From an uncultured Alphaproteobacteria bacterium (lineage in GTDB: Bacteria > Pseudomonadota > Alphaproteobacteria > Rhizobiales > Xanthobacteraceae): a stretch of 64,000 nt of DNA. The DNA lies in the NCBI GenBank assembly GCA_963745785.1, contig CAVUYV010000054.1:53672-117671 (forward strand), written 5' to 3'. The notes below the pieces were generated by a model that saw nothing but the letters and a program-made list of their open reading frames with translations, was not told the origin of the DNA and did not search any database. This document shows, piece by piece, positions 1 to 10,132 of this stretch; position 1 is the first letter of the stretch; each line of letters begins with the position of its first letter. The position numbers were made by a program, and so were the translations under genes.

Positions 1-1
1 C

Positions 2-1357
2 GTCATCGCGGGCGAGGGGAAAATCCTCACCGCGGGCGGCTTCGACAGCCACATCCATTTCATCTGCCCGCAGCAGATCGAGCACGCGCTGATGTCCGGC
101 GTGACCTCGATGCTCGGCGGCGGCACCGGCCCGTCGCACGGCACCTTTGCCACGACCTGCACGCCCGGGCCCTGGCACATGGCACGGATGATCCAGTCGT
201 TCGACGCGTTTCCGGTCAATCTCGGAATTTCCGGCAAGGGCAACGCCTCGCGCCCGGCGTCGCTGGTGGAGATGATCAACGCCGGTGCCTGCGCGCTCAA
301 GCTGCACGAGGATTGGGGCACGACGCCGGCGGCGATCGACAATTGCCTTTCGGTTGCCGACGATCACGACATTCAGGTGATGATCCATTCCGATACGCTG
401 AATGAGTCCGGCTTCGTCGAGGATACCATCAAGGCATTCAAGGGCCGCACCATTCACGCGTTCCACACCGAAGGCGCTGGCGGTGGACATGCGCCCGACA
501 TCATCAAGATTGCCGGATTGAAAAACGTTCTGCCGTCCTCGACCAATCCCACGCGGCCGTTCACCCGCAACACCATCGACGAGCACCTGGATATGCTGAT
601 GGTGTGCCACCATCTCGATCCGTCGATCGCCGAGGATCTGGCTTTCGCCGAAAGCCGCATCCGGAAAGAGACCATTGCAGCCGAGGATATCCTGCACGAC
701 CTCGGCGCGCTTTCGATGATGTCCTCGGATTCGCAGGCCATGGGCCGGCTCGGCGAAGTCATCATCCGCACCTGGCAGACCGCCGACAAGATGAAGAAGC
801 AGCGCGGCAAGCTCGCCGAGGACAAGGGCAACAACGACAATTTCCGCGTCAAGCGCTATATCGCGAAATACACCATCAACCCCGCGATCGCCCATGGCGT
901 CGCAAAACTGATCGGCTCGGTGGAAAAGGGCAAGCTCGCGGACCTTGTGCTGTGGTCGCCGGCGTTCTTTGGCGTCAAGCCCGATTGCATCATCAAGGGC
1001 GGCTCGATCGTCGCAGCCCCGATGGGCGATCCCAACGCATCGATCCCGACGCCGCAGCCGGTGCATTACCGGCCGATGTTTGCAGCCTACGGGAAATCGC
1101 TGACGGCCTCCTCGGTGGTATTTTCCTCCAAGGCCGCGGTGTCTTCCGGGTTGGCCAAGAAGCTCGGCATCGACAAGAAGCTGTATGCGGTAGAAAACAC
1201 CCGGGGCGGCATCTCCAAGAAAAGCATGATCCACAACGGCGCCACGCCCAGGATCGAGGTCGATCCCGAAACGTATGAGGTGCGCGCCGACGGCGAATTG
1301 CTGACTTGCGCGCCCGCGGAGGTGCTGCCCATGGCGCAGCGCTATTTCATGTTCTAA
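2..1357 (+). CDS. ureC: Urease alpha subunit (5' part outside window)
   Basis: Frame open from base 2 ([11 protein letters not shown]). Motifs [33 protein letters not shown]; ends PMAQRYFMF. Confidence 0.98.
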   Translation, partial: VIAGEGKILTAGGFDSHIHFICPQQIEHALMSGVTSMLGGGTGPSHGTFATTCTPGPWHMARMIQSFDAFPVNLGISGKGNASRPASLVEMINAGACALKLHEDWGTTPAAIDNCLSVADDHDIQVMIHSDTLNESGFVEDTIKAFKGRTIHAFHTEGAGGGHAPDIIKIAGLKNVLPSSTNPTRPFTRNTIDEHLDMLMVCHHLDPSIAEDLAFAESRIRKETIAAEDILHDLGALSMMSSDSQAMGRLGEVIIRTWQTADKMKKQRGKLAEDKGNNDNFRVKRYIAKYTINPAIAHGVAKLIGSVEKGKLADLVLWSPAFFGVKPDCIIKGGSIVAAPMGDPNASIPTPQPVHYRPMFAAYGKSLTASSVVFSSKAAVSSGLAKKLGIDKKLYAVENTRGGISKKSMIHNGATPRIEVDPETYEVRADGELLTCAPAEVLPMAQRYFMF

Positions 1358-1403
1358 GCTCGCGCCCGGAACCCAAAGCCATAACAGAAGCCGGGAGGAT
1401 ATC

Positions 1404-1703
1404 GTGATTTACGTCGTCGCCACGCTGACCGTGAAGCCTGAAACGCGCGCCGAATTCATTGCGGCTGCCACCGCCTGCATCAAGGAGACCCGCAAGGAGG
1501 CCGGCAATATCGCCTACGACCTGCATGAGAGCGTCACCGATCCCACGAAAATGGTGTTTGTCGAGCAATGGGAAAACGCCGAGGCGCTGGTGCCACACCG
1601 GAGTGCCGACCACATGAAGACCTTCGGCCGCGTCGCTGTGAAATGCTTCTCCGCGCCGCCAAAAATCGAGGTCATCACGCCCGCAAAAGTCGACGTCCGC
1701 TAA
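1404..1703 (+). CDS. Antibiotic biosynthesis monooxygenase (ABM)-family protein, putative quinol monooxygenase
   Basis: 99 aa, MIYVVAT...RKEAGNIAYDLH...FVEQWE...H pattern; GGGAGG RBS. Confidence 0.85.
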   Translation: MIYVVATLTVKPETRAEFIAAATACIKETRKEAGNIAYDLHESVTDPTKMVFVEQWENAEALVPHRSADHMKTFGRVAVKCFSAPPKIEVITPAKVDVR

Positions 1704-1729
1704 TCAAGAAACAGCAACGGGAGAAGCCC

Positions 1730-2029
1730 ATGATCTATGTCGTCGCCACGTCTCAAGTGAAACCGGAATCGCGCGATGCCTTTATCAAGGGCGCCAAGGA
1801 ATGCATCGCGGCCACCCGGAAGGAAAAGGGCTGCATTTCCTATGAGAGCCATACCAGCATCAATGACCCCAATCTTTTCGTGGTGGTCGAGCGCTGGGAG
1901 ACCCGCGAGGATCTCACTGCGCATGGCCGGGCGCCGCATATGAAAGTTTGGCGCGAATATTCCGCGCCTTTAAAAGTGTCGCCAACCGTGATCGAGATCA
2001 TCAGCGACGGCAAGGTCGAGAAGCTTTAG
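1730..2029 (+). CDS. ABM-family protein, tandem paralog
   Basis: ATG at 1730 after GGGAG; MIYVVAT...RKEKGCISYE...VVERWE...H; same length as upstream paralog. Confidence 0.85.
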   Translation: MIYVVATSQVKPESRDAFIKGAKECIAATRKEKGCISYESHTSINDPNLFVVVERWETREDLTAHGRAPHMKVWREYSAPLKVSPTVIEIISDGKVEKL

Positions 2030-2131
2030 AGCGTTTTCGAGCGAAGTGGGAGGCGGTTCGCGTGAAGAAAGCGCGTCAAAGCAAAAAACGAGAGCCCGGT
2101 TCTGACGCAATCAGAACCGATCGGGCTCCAG
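2027..2131. repeat. Rhizobiales RIME/MITE-like intergenic repeat (TAGAGCGTTTTCGAGCGAAGTGG type)
   Basis: Begins on the TAG stop of the upstream gene; internal hairpin GGTTCTGA...TCAGAACC; family recognised from memory. Confidence 0.65.
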
Positions 2132-2141
2132 GCATTTTCGC

Positions 2142-2756
2142 ATGATCCGCGCGACGCAGGTCCGCCCACAGCATCGCTGGACGCAGGCGCCGGCCGATAG
2201 CGTCGTTCTCGATTTTGACGATCGTCACCGCCGGCGGATGGCGATGAGGGGCACGCGCGGGCTTGAGTTTCTGCTCGACCTGGAAAACGCAACCGTGCTG
2301 CGAGGTGGTGACGCGCTGGTGCTCGACGACAACCGGCTGATCGAGGTCGTCGCCGCGCCGGAGCTGCTGATCGAGATCAGGGGTAACGATGCTCAGCATC
2401 TGGTGCGGGTCGCCTGGCATCTCGGCAACCGCCACCTGCCGACGCAGATCACGGCCAAGGGCCTGCGCATCCGGCGCGATCACGTCATCGAGGCGATGGT
2501 GAAGGGGTTGGGGGCCCGCGTGATCGAGATCGAGGCGCCGTTCGATCCCGAAGGCGGCGCCTATGCCAGCGGCGGCCATGGGCACGGGCCGGAAACCGAT
2601 CCGCATCAGCATGCGGCGCATGATCATTCATCGCACGACCATGGCGACCACGGTCATCACCATGACCACGGTCATCACCATGACCACCATCATCATGACG
2701 AGCATTGCGATCATGACGACCATCACGGCCATTCCCATGCTCATGACCGCAAGTAA
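2142..2756 (+). CDS. ureE: Urease accessory protein UreE with long His-rich tail
   Basis: [26 protein letters not shown] motifs; His/Asp-rich C-terminus. Confidence 0.96.
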   Translation: MIRATQVRPQHRWTQAPADSVVLDFDDRHRRRMAMRGTRGLEFLLDLENATVLRGGDALVLDDNRLIEVVAAPELLIEIRGNDAQHLVRVAWHLGNRHLPTQITAKGLRIRRDHVIEAMVKGLGARVIEIEAPFDPEGGAYASGGHGHGPETDPHQHAAHDHSSHDHGDHGHHHDHGHHHDHHHHDEHCDHDDHHGHSHAHDRK

Positions 2757-3534
2757 GGCACCGGCCAGGCCGCGGCGGCGCGCGGCGGCTCGAACGCGCG
2801 GCATCAAGCAAGCTGTGGCGCCGCCGATCGGCCCTCATGACGCAATGAAGGAAAGCGAGGCGGCGGCGCTGTACCGGTTGATGACGTGGCTGTCGCCGTC
2901 CTTTCCGGTGGGCGCGTTTTCGTGGTCCAGCGGCATCGAATGGGCGGTGGAAGCCGGCGATATCGTCGATGCCGCATCGTTGCGCGATTGGCTTGCGGCC
3001 ATGCTCGCGCAGGGGCCGGGCTTTTGCGATGGCGTATTTCTTGCGCATGCGCACCGGGCCGCGTCGTCGCGTGACGATGCCGGACTGCGGGCAATCGCGG
3101 AGCTTGCGGCTGCCTTCGCGCCCTCGCGCGAACGCCAGTTTGAGACCTCGGCGCAGGGACGCGCGTTCATCGACATCGCGCGCGCGGCATGGAATTGCGA
3201 TGGGCTTGATCAAATGGTCTCTTGCTGCGATGGCGCTATCGTCTATCCGATCGCGGTTGGTCTCGCCAGCGCCGCGCATGCGATCCCGCTCGCGCCCACC
3301 ATGCAGGCTTTCCTCCACGCGCTGACGTCGAACTGGATATCGGCCGGCGCGCGGCTTATTCCCCTGGGGCAAACCGACAGCCAGCGTGTGCTGGCCTCGT
3401 TGGAGCCGACGGTCGTCTCCACCGCGAAACGCGCGCTGCAGGCATCGCTCAACGATCTCGGCAGCGCGACCTTCCGGGCCGATCTCGCCAGCATGCGGCA
3501 CGAGACGCAGTATACGAGATTGTTCCGGTCATGA
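2737..3534 (+). CDS. ureF: Urease accessory protein UreF (start uncertain: 2737, 2743 or 2845)
   Basis: [18 protein letters not shown] and terminal [11 protein letters not shown]. Confidence 0.95.
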   Translation: MLMTASKAPARPRRRAAARTRGIKQAVAPPIGPHDAMKESEAAALYRLMTWLSPSFPVGAFSWSSGIEWAVEAGDIVDAASLRDWLAAMLAQGPGFCDGVFLAHAHRAASSRDDAGLRAIAELAAAFAPSRERQFETSAQGRAFIDIARAAWNCDGLDQMVSCCDGAIVYPIAVGLASAAHAIPLAPTMQAFLHALTSNWISAGARLIPLGQTDSQRVLASLEPTVVSTAKRALQASLNDLGSATFRADLASMRHETQYTRLFRS

Positions 3535-3550
3535 TGGGCCTCCCTCAACC

Positions 3551-3674
3551 CGTCGTCCCGGCGAACGCCGGGACCCATAACCACAAATGTTCATGGTTAT
3601 GCAGGGCTGGGGCTCCAGCTCGCCACAACAATCAAGTTCAGTGGTTATGTGTCCCCGCTTTCGCGGGGACGACG
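3551..3674. repeat. REP-like palindromic doublet
   Basis: CGTCGTCCCGGCGAACGCCGGGACCCATAACCAC ... GTGGTTATGTGTCCCCGCTTTCGCGGGGACGAC inverted pair. Confidence 0.75.
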
Positions 3675-3690
3675 ATGGAAGGCGTCTGAT

Positions 3691-4329
3691 ATGTCGAGGT
3701 CCCACGGCCCGCTTCGCATCGGCATCGGCGGTCCCGTCGGGTCGGGAAAGACCGCGCTGATGGACTTGCTCTGCAAGACGATGCGCGAGCGTTACGACAT
3801 TGCCGCGATCACCAACGACATCTACACCAAATGGGATGCGGAATTTCTGGTACGCTCGGGTTCGCTGACGCCGGATCGCATCGCCGGCGTCGAAACCGGT
3901 GGATGCCCGCATACCGCGATACGCGAGGACGCCTCGATGAATCTCGCCGCGGTCGCCGACATGCGCGCGAAATTTCCGGACCTCGACATGGTGCTGATCG
4001 AATCCGGGGGCGACAATCTCGCCGCCACCTTCTCGCCCGAACTCGCCGATCTTACAATTTACGTGATCGATGTCGCGGCAGGCGACAAGATACCCTCCAA
4101 GGGGGGACCCGGCATCACCCGGTCGGACCTGCTCGTCATCAACAAAATCGACCTCGCGCCGCATGTCGGCGCATCGCTGGAAAAAATGGACACCGACGCC
4201 AGACGCATGCGCGGCGAACGGCCGTTTGTCATGACCAATCTCCGGAAGGGCGAAGGCCTCGACCGCATCGTCAGCTTTATCGAGGCCAAGGGAGGTCTCA
4301 GCCCCGCGCCGCGGGCCAAAGCAAGCTGA
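3691..4329 (+). CDS. ureG: Urease accessory GTPase UreG
   Basis: [10 protein letters not shown]-loop, ETGGCPH, ESGGDNL, NKID. Confidence 0.98.
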   Translation: MSRSHGPLRIGIGGPVGSGKTALMDLLCKTMRERYDIAAITNDIYTKWDAEFLVRSGSLTPDRIAGVETGGCPHTAIREDASMNLAAVADMRAKFPDLDMVLIESGGDNLAATFSPELADLTIYVIDVAAGDKIPSKGGPGITRSDLLVINKIDLAPHVGASLEKMDTDARRMRGERPFVMTNLRKGEGLDRIVSFIEAKGGLSPAPRAKAS

Positions 4330-4429
4330 ACGAACCTCATTAACGATCCTTAAGCCCGTGAATTCCGCCGTTAACACTTTTGCACAGCGAGCTCCGGGTG
4401 GGGGCAGACAAAAATTTTTGCTGCTGGTT

Positions 4430-4454
4430 GGAACTAAATCCATCTGCGGTGATT
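4430..4454 (+). promoter_or_regulatory. Candidate EcfG-type promoter upstream of HWE kinase
   Basis: GGAAC-N16-GATT. Confidence 0.45.
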
Positions 4455-4642
4455 AGCACTCTTCGGTCTTTGCCAAGGCTATCTCACGTCAGTCCTGTTA
4501 ATCCTCGTCGCCAAGTGTAGTTGCGTACCGATGATCACTCCTTCATTATGTCAAACAGTTGGTTTTCATTCTGTTTCGGTTTCTTGCCGCCCCGGCGGAA
4601 GGCAGATAGTTCTTCGCCAACTCCTCATTTCCGAGTAACCGA

Positions 4643-6298
4643 GTGGTTCGGCTGGGTTTCATCATCGGTTTTATTGCGCTCGTCGGGGTTCTGCTCTCCG
4701 GTCTTGCGGCTTATCGCGTCCACGATCAGGAACTGACGGTCGACGGGATCGCGCTGGCGCGCGCGATCGATGTTCACGCCAGTCTGGCGCAAGACCGGCT
4801 GACCGAGCGTGAACTGCTTGCCCGCGTCGCATCGGGCCTGTTCCGCGTGCCGTCGGTGATCAAGGCCAACATGCTGCAGCCGCTGCGGTCCTCGATCTAT
4901 ACCTTCAAAACGGATTTCGTTGTCGCGAGCTGGATCGCGCGGCTTAAGCCGAACGAACTGGAAGCGGCGCGTGCGGAGCTCGCGAGCGCCGGATTTCCGA
5001 ATCCGACGATCCGTCGTTTCGATGACCAGCCTCTGGATCAGTCGCTCGGCCAGCCGGTCGATGTGGTGATGGACGTCGAACCCAAGAATCCAGAGACCAT
5101 GGCTTTTGCCGGGCGTTCCTACGATCAGGATGCCAATCTGGGGCCGACGTTGGCGCAGGCGATGAGCGAGGGAAAGCCGGTGGCGTCCAACCCGATTCCG
5201 CTGTTGCGCCCGAATGGGCCGATCGGCCTCGTGCTTGCCGCGCCGGTGCTGCAGGAGGGCGCCGCCTCGCCGGCAGGCTTCGTGACATTTTCCTATGAAT
5301 TGGCGCCGCTGATGCTGGCGAATGACGATCTCTCGCTGTTCTCGGTCGTGCTCAAGGACCCTCGCGATCCTAACAGCGAGCTGATTGCAAACGATCGGGG
5401 CGTCGTCACAACGCGGACGCTAACGCAGGAAATGCCGCCACCCTCGATCATAAGAACGGTGACGTTCGGAGGCCGCGACTGGTCGCTTGGCTATTATGCC
5501 AAGACCAACGCGGCGATACGCGCACAGCAGACCGCAGCGGTCGTGGCTGCCATTGGCCTCGCCCTGACCGGCATCGTGTGTGGGCTTTTCGGATATGTCG
5601 CCTACAACAATTTGCGGCTCAGCCGCGAAATCCAGGTGCGGATCGGCTTCGAACGGCGACTGACTGCGGTCATCGACGAACTCAATCACCGCGTCAAAAA
5701 CATTCTTGCGGTGATCCAATCGATCGTGACGCGCACGCTGCGCCATGGTTCCGACATCGACGTCGCCCGCGAACTGCTGATCGGCCGGATCCATGCCATG
5801 TCGAACGTGGTTTCGCTGCTGAGCGAAAGTCAGTGGCAGGGCGTGAAACTGAAGGGGCTGTTCGAGGCGCGCGCGATACCGCACGCCGAGCGCATCGCGG
5901 TGAGCGGTCCCGATATTGCCGTGAGCGCGCGGGCCGCCCAGAGTCTGTCGCTATTGTTCTTCGAGCTGGCGTCGCATTCCGATGAGGGACTCTCGCTCGT
6001 CGGCAAGCATCCGCATATCGTCGCGCATTGGGAGCTGACCGGAGAAGATCCCGACATCACGTTCCATTTTCGCTGGGAAGAGTTCAACACCAGCGCTGCG
6101 ACCCGAAGGGAAGACAGCGATTTCGGCCTGATCCTGCTCGATCGTGTCGCACCTGAAGCGCTGGGGGGCACATCGAAGCGGTATTTTACCGACGTCAGTT
6201 ATGTTTACGAACTCACCGCTCCGATGGAGACCGTGATCGACATGACCGAAAGGGACAGGACCGAACAATTCTCCGCGCCGCTCAAGCCCGGCCGCTAA
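4643..6298 (+). CDS. Membrane HWE/HisKA_2-type histidine kinase with periplasmic (CHASE-like) sensor; degenerate ATP-binding domain
   Basis: Two TM segments; H-box ELNHRVKNILAVIQ; N-box region reads FFELASHS; convergent with ecfG. Confidence 0.85.
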   Translation: MVRLGFIIGFIALVGVLLSGLAAYRVHDQELTVDGIALARAIDVHASLAQDRLTERELLARVASGLFRVPSVIKANMLQPLRSSIYTFKTDFVVASWIARLKPNELEAARAELASAGFPNPTIRRFDDQPLDQSLGQPVDVVMDVEPKNPETMAFAGRSYDQDANLGPTLAQAMSEGKPVASNPIPLLRPNGPIGLVLAAPVLQEGAASPAGFVTFSYELAPLMLANDDLSLFSVVLKDPRDPNSELIANDRGVVTTRTLTQEMPPPSIIRTVTFGGRDWSLGYYAKTNAAIRAQQTAAVVAAIGLALTGIVCGLFGYVAYNNLRLSREIQVRIGFERRLTAVIDELNHRVKNILAVIQSIVTRTLRHGSDIDVARELLIGRIHAMSNVVSLLSESQWQGVKLKGLFEARAIPHAERIAVSGPDIAVSARAAQSLSLLFFELASHSDEGLSLVGKHPHIVAHWELTGEDPDITFHFRWEEFNTSAATRREDSDFGLILLDRVAPEALGGTSKRYFTDVSYVYELTAPMETVIDMTERDRTEQFSAPLKPGR

Positions 6299-6437
6299 TC
6301 AATCCGGACCAAAACCTCGCCCGCGGCCCGCAATAGCGCCACCCCGGAATCCATGACCACGATCGAGGTTCAATGGATTTACGGTCCTGCGCCAGGTGGC
6401 GCATTCTGGAAATGACGATTGCCGAGATGATCTGGAA

Positions 6438-6986
6438 TCAGCCGCCGCTACCACCGATCACGGCGCGGACCGTTTCATCGGGACCGAAATCTTCGGCGCC
6501 ATCGACATAGAGCAGGGCGCTGAGTTTCGATCGCGCACGGTTGACGCGGCTTTTGATGGTGCCGACCGCGCAGCCGCAGATTGCCGCGGCGTCCTCATAG
6601 GAGAAGCCGGAGGCACCCACCAGAATCAACGCTTCGCGCTGGTCCTGGGGAAGCTTGTCGAGTGCCGCCCGGAATTCCTCAAATTCCAGATGCGCGCTTT
6701 GCGCCGGCTGGGTTTTGAGGGTCTTGGCATAGCTGCCATCGGCATCCTCCACCTCCCGCCGCCGCTTGCGGTAGTCCGAGCGGAACAGGTTGCGCAGAAT
6801 CGTGAACAGCCACGCCGCCAGGTTCGAGCCGGGCTGGAACGAGTCGATGTTGGCCAGTGCCCGCAACAGGGTTTCCTGGACAAGATCGTCGGCGCGGTCG
6901 CCGTTGCCGCTGAGCGAGATTGCGAATGCGCGCAGGCTCGGTACAGACGCCAGGATGTCTTCGCGAAGCGAGTCTGTGAGAGGCAT
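6438..6986 (-). CDS. ecfG: ECF15 sigma factor EcfG (general stress response)
   Basis: LRAFAISL...ADDLVQET...AWLFTILRN...GTIKSRVNRAR; adjacent to nepR and phyR. Confidence 0.93.
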   Translation of the reverse strand: MPLTDSLREDILASVPSLRAFAISLSGNGDRADDLVQETLLRALANIDSFQPGSNLAAWLFTILRNLFRSDYRKRRREVEDADGSYAKTLKTQPAQSAHLEFEEFRAALDKLPQDQREALILVGASGFSYEDAAAICGCAVGTIKSRVNRARSKLSALLYVDGAEDFGPDETVRAVIGGSGG

Positions 6987-7016
6987 TACTCCCTCCCGTC
7001 GTTTCTAGCAGGTTGA

Positions 7017-7232
7017 TCACTTTTGATCATTGCTGTTTCCCGTCTGGGGTTCTGCCTCGGATACATCAAGTTTACGGATCAATTCCGCGAAACGATCCGG
7101 TACCCCCTGTCGGACGATATCGTCGTACATGGCGCGGAGCTGGTGGCCGATTCTCGATTGAATCTCGGCATTGAGGCCGCCCTGCTTGCCTGGTGCCGCA
7201 TTCCTGCTGGCTTGAGACTTTACATCTTTCAT
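7017..7232 (-). CDS. nepR: Anti-sigma factor NepR
   Basis: IGHQLRAMYDDIVRQGVPDRFAELIRKL motif; directly upstream of ecfG. Confidence 0.93.
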   Translation of the reverse strand: MKDVKSQASRNAAPGKQGGLNAEIQSRIGHQLRAMYDDIVRQGVPDRFAELIRKLDVSEAEPQTGNSNDQK

Positions 7233-7326
7233 GACCTGTTCCACGCTTCCCCGAGGGTTAAGTCCCTGTAAATCCAAGAATACCCGTGATACGAACCCTT
7301 GCAGCCGCAGCATGTGTAGGGAGGCT

Positions 7327-7351
7327 AATGCGAAGTCCGGCGGAAAGTTCC
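7327..7351 (-). promoter_or_regulatory. EcfG-type promoter for nepR-ecfG
   Basis: Minus strand GGAAC-N16-CATT. Confidence 0.7.
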
Positions 7352-7359
7352 GGAACCAC

Positions 7360-7384
7360 GGAACTTTTATCCGGCTTGGGCGTA
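7360..7384 (+). promoter_or_regulatory. EcfG-type promoter for phyR
   Basis: GGAAC-N16-CGTA. Confidence 0.7.
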
Positions 7385-7455
7385 ATCAGCCATCAGGGGG
7401 AACCGGGTCACCCCGATATCGATATTTCGACCCCAGAAGAATGAATGGAGTGGGG

Positions 7456-8262
7456 ATGTCCCGATCACAGCTCGTTGCTGAACATCTACCGTTGTTGCGG
7501 CGCTATGCCCGCGCCCTGACCGGTAACCAGGCGTCGGGCGACGCCTATGTCGGAGCCATGCTTGAAGCCCTGCTTCAGGACCAGTCCTTGCTCGATGAGC
7601 GGCACGGACCCCGCGCCGGGCTTTTCCGGCTGTTTACCCAGATCTGGAATTCGGTCTCGCTCAACGACAATGCCGAGGTCGCAACCCTGCCGATGCCGCC
7701 CGAGCGTCGGCTTTCAAATATCACCCCGTTGCCGCGCCAGGCGTTCCTGCTGCTGTCCTTGGAAGGCTTTTCCGAGGAGGAGGTGGCGTTCATCCTCGGA
7801 ACCGACGTCGCCGAGACCCGCCGGCTTGCGGACGCGGCGGGGCGGGAAATGGCGGCTGAGATCGCAACCGATGTGCTGATCATCGAGGACGAGACCTTCA
7901 TCGCGATGGATCTCGAGAGCCTGGTCAGGAATCTCGGTCACAACGTGATTGGCGTCGCCCGCACCCATTCCGACGCTGTCGCGCTTGCCAAGAACAAAAA
8001 GCCGGGCCTGATCCTGGCGGACATCCAGCTCGCCGACGGCAGTTCCGGCCTCGACGCCGTCAACGAGTTGTTGCGGGTTTTCGAGGTGCCGGTGGTATTT
8101 ATCACCGCCTACCCGGAACGCTTCCTGACCGGCGAGCGCCCGGAACCGGCATTCCTGATCTCCAAGCCGTTCCAGCCGGCGATGGTTTCGGCTGTCGCCA
8201 GCCAGGCCCTGTTCTTCCAGCGCAATTCGCGCAACCGCGCGCCGCGGGCGGCGGCTTCCTGA
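7456..8262 (+). CDS. phyR: Anti-anti-sigma response regulator PhyR
   Basis: N-terminal sigma-like LRRYARALTG plus C-terminal receiver (IIEDE, LADIQLADGSSG, FITAYPE, KPF). Confidence 0.96.
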   Translation: MSRSQLVAEHLPLLRRYARALTGNQASGDAYVGAMLEALLQDQSLLDERHGPRAGLFRLFTQIWNSVSLNDNAEVATLPMPPERRLSNITPLPRQAFLLLSLEGFSEEEVAFILGTDVAETRRLADAAGREMAAEIATDVLIIEDETFIAMDLESLVRNLGHNVIGVARTHSDAVALAKNKKPGLILADIQLADGSSGLDAVNELLRVFEVPVVFITAYPERFLTGERPEPAFLISKPFQPAMVSAVASQALFFQRNSRNRAPRAAAS

Positions 8263-8281
8263 CCCCGGACCTGATTGCATT

Positions 8282-8320
8282 AAAAAATCCGGCGCGCTTC
8301 ACGGCGCGCCGGATTTTTTT
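8282..8320 (+). terminator. Rho-independent terminator after phyR
   Basis: AAAAAATCCGGCGCGC-ttcacg-GCGCGCCGGATTTTTTT. Confidence 0.85.
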
Positions 8321-8562
8321 GTTGCTGCGTGATGGCGGCGGGCTGCGGCCGCACGATAGACTGGGCCGCGCCGCACAAGACATTGTGTTTTTGGGGTTTT
8401 TGACAAAAAGCAGGGCGCGGCTGGCATCACCACAGCCGCGCCCCGCATCGCCGGTCAATGGGGCAGGGGGGATAACCGGCTGCCGGGATGACGCTCAGGC
8501 CCGAAAGTCGTTCCCGCCTCCGACAAATATTTTTAGACACGGTTAAGTGATCACCGGCCGAG

Positions 8563-8587
8563 AGAACTCCGCCGCTCCGTTCGCGTT
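8563..8587 (+). promoter_or_regulatory. EcfG-type promoter
   Basis: AGAAC-N16-CGTT about 40 nt before ATG 8627. Confidence 0.55.
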
Positions 8588-8626
8588 GTGTCCTCCGATC
8601 GCCGTGGGGCGAGGGACGAGCGCATC

Positions 8627-9043
8627 ATGTCACAGCTATCCAGGGGAATTTTCGCAGCGATCGCCGTTTCGGCGGTGTGTGGCGTGGGTGGCGCCGTCCA
8701 GTTCGCGGCGGGCCGCGATCTCTCCGGGGCGGTGCCGAGTTCCGCAGGACCCTCCGAAGCTCTTGTCAACCGCGCAGCCAAAGCCGATCGCGCCGCGCGC
8801 CTGCCGGAAGGGGCGATGCAGACGCGCACGGTTTCAGTGCGGTTGTACGGTCTTTCCGACACCTCTGTCGTTGTCCGCATACCGGTGGCGCGAGAGGCCC
8901 GCAACGCTCCTTCCGTCCCGCTGGTGACGAGGTCCGGGGATCGAAAGCCCGGCGATCGAAAGATGGCGGTGGCATGCGAGCCGGTCGTCAGCGTATTGAC
9001 CGAAATCGCCAAGCGGCTCGAGCCGGGCCGCTGCGTCACCTAG
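8627..9043 (+). CDS. Conserved hypothetical exported protein
   Basis: Hydrophobic N-terminus; VNRAAKADR and ACEPVVSVLTE...GRCVT motifs. Confidence 0.7.
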   Translation: MSQLSRGIFAAIAVSAVCGVGGAVQFAAGRDLSGAVPSSAGPSEALVNRAAKADRAARLPEGAMQTRTVSVRLYGLSDTSVVVRIPVAREARNAPSVPLVTRSGDRKPGDRKMAVACEPVVSVLTEIAKRLEPGRCVT

Positions 9044-9117
9044 TGCATGATCCGGAAAAACGGGAACCGGTTTTCCGAAAGGATCATGCTCAAACAATCA
9101 AACAAAGAGATCTAGAG
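9040..9117. repeat. Rhizobiales RIME/MITE-like repeat (GCATGATCCGGAAAA...TTTTCCGAAAGGATCATGC)
   Basis: Internal palindrome, CTAG at both ends, between convergent genes. Confidence 0.7.
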
Positions 9118-9121
9118 CCGA

Positions 9122-9574
9122 TCACACTTCCGGAGCCTCGTCGTCGGACTGGCCGGAACTGTCGCGGCTCGCCAAGAATCCCAAGACCAATCCACCTACG
9201 GCCAGTATCGGTATTAGCCTCTTGACGCCAATGGCCCGGATTACCTGCAGGCCGGCCGCAACCAGCATGGGATCGGAAAGCGCGGTTTGCATGGCTGATT
9301 TGGCGGTCTCCGCCGCGCGAGCCGCGCGGGCCTCGACCTGCTTTTTGCGCGCCATGTAGCAGGCGGCCGCGATCACCCCGACGACAAGGAATATGCCGGC
9401 GCCGGTCAGGCAGGCCTCGACCAGCCCATATCGCTGATACACGAAGACGAAGGCTGCGGCGCACAGAAACGATGTCGCAATGAACAAGGCCCCGGCCGCC
9501 GCGGCCGCCAGAGAGGTCAGCCGCAAGGCCGTACCGGTGCTGTCTTTCAAATCATTGATCATGCGCTGAAACAT
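9122..9574 (-). CDS. Membrane protein (YqjE/holin-like partner of DUF883)
   Basis: 150 aa with two N-terminal and one C-terminal hydrophobic segments; follows DUF883 gene. Confidence 0.65.
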   Translation of the reverse strand: MFQRMINDLKDSTGTALRLTSLAAAAAGALFIATSFLCAAAFVFVYQRYGLVEACLTGAGIFLVVGVIAAACYMARKKQVEARAARAAETAKSAMQTALSDPMLVAAGLQVIRAIGVKRLIPILAVGGLVLGFLASRDSSGQSDDEAPEV

Positions 9575-9685
9575 CAGGCGCCCCGTTCAAAATAATGCTT
9601 GCAAAACAACCGGCGGCGCATCCGCGCCGCTGTTTAAAATTTAAGGAATTGATCGGCTCAGGACGGCCGTCGCAGGCCGGGGTCG

Positions 9686-10057
9686 TTACCGGCGCCATGT
9701 CACGCCGATCAAGAAGCCGAGCGCCAGCGCCAGGCCCACGGTGGCAAGCGGGCGTTCCGCAATGACGTCTTCCAGCGTTTCTTCGATCGAATAGGCCGCG
9801 TCCTGGGCGGCGTCCATGACGGCGCTGCCGCGCTCCGATGCCTCTTCCATCGCCGAATCGACGTTGGCACGGGCCTGCTTGTAGCCCCGGCGCGCCTGCT
9901 TTTTGGCGGTGCCGGCAAACGAGTTGAGGGCGTCGGTGATCTGTTCGGTGAGGGCTGCGATATCGTTTTTCACGGCTGCTACATCCTTCTCGAGGCGTTC
10001 ATAGGTCGCTTTATCCGCCAGATTTCTCATTCCGAATTCGCCATCCGTACTGGACAT
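9686..10057 (-). CDS. DUF883/ElaB-YqjD family tail-anchored protein
   Basis: Coiled region then C-terminal ERPLATVGLALALGFLIGVTWRR. Confidence 0.85.
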   Translation of the reverse strand: MSSTDGEFGMRNLADKATYERLEKDVAAVKNDIAALTEQITDALNSFAGTAKKQARRGYKQARANVDSAMEEASERGSAVMDAAQDAAYSIEETLEDVIAERPLATVGLALALGFLIGVTWRR

Positions 10058-10093
10058 CAAAAGCTCCCGGATCCTGAAGTTACGCACCGCAGA

Positions 10094-10118
10094 AACGCCG
10101 CCCTGTGGGGGAAGTTCC
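10094..10118 (-). promoter_or_regulatory. EcfG-type promoter for DUF883 operon
   Basis: Perfect GGAAC-N16-CGTT on minus strand. Confidence 0.8.
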
Positions 10119-10132
10119 CATGGGAAACCGGA

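Noticed and set aside
4340-4353. CtrA box after ureG
   Set aside because: TTAA-N6-TTAA spacing is one short of consensus
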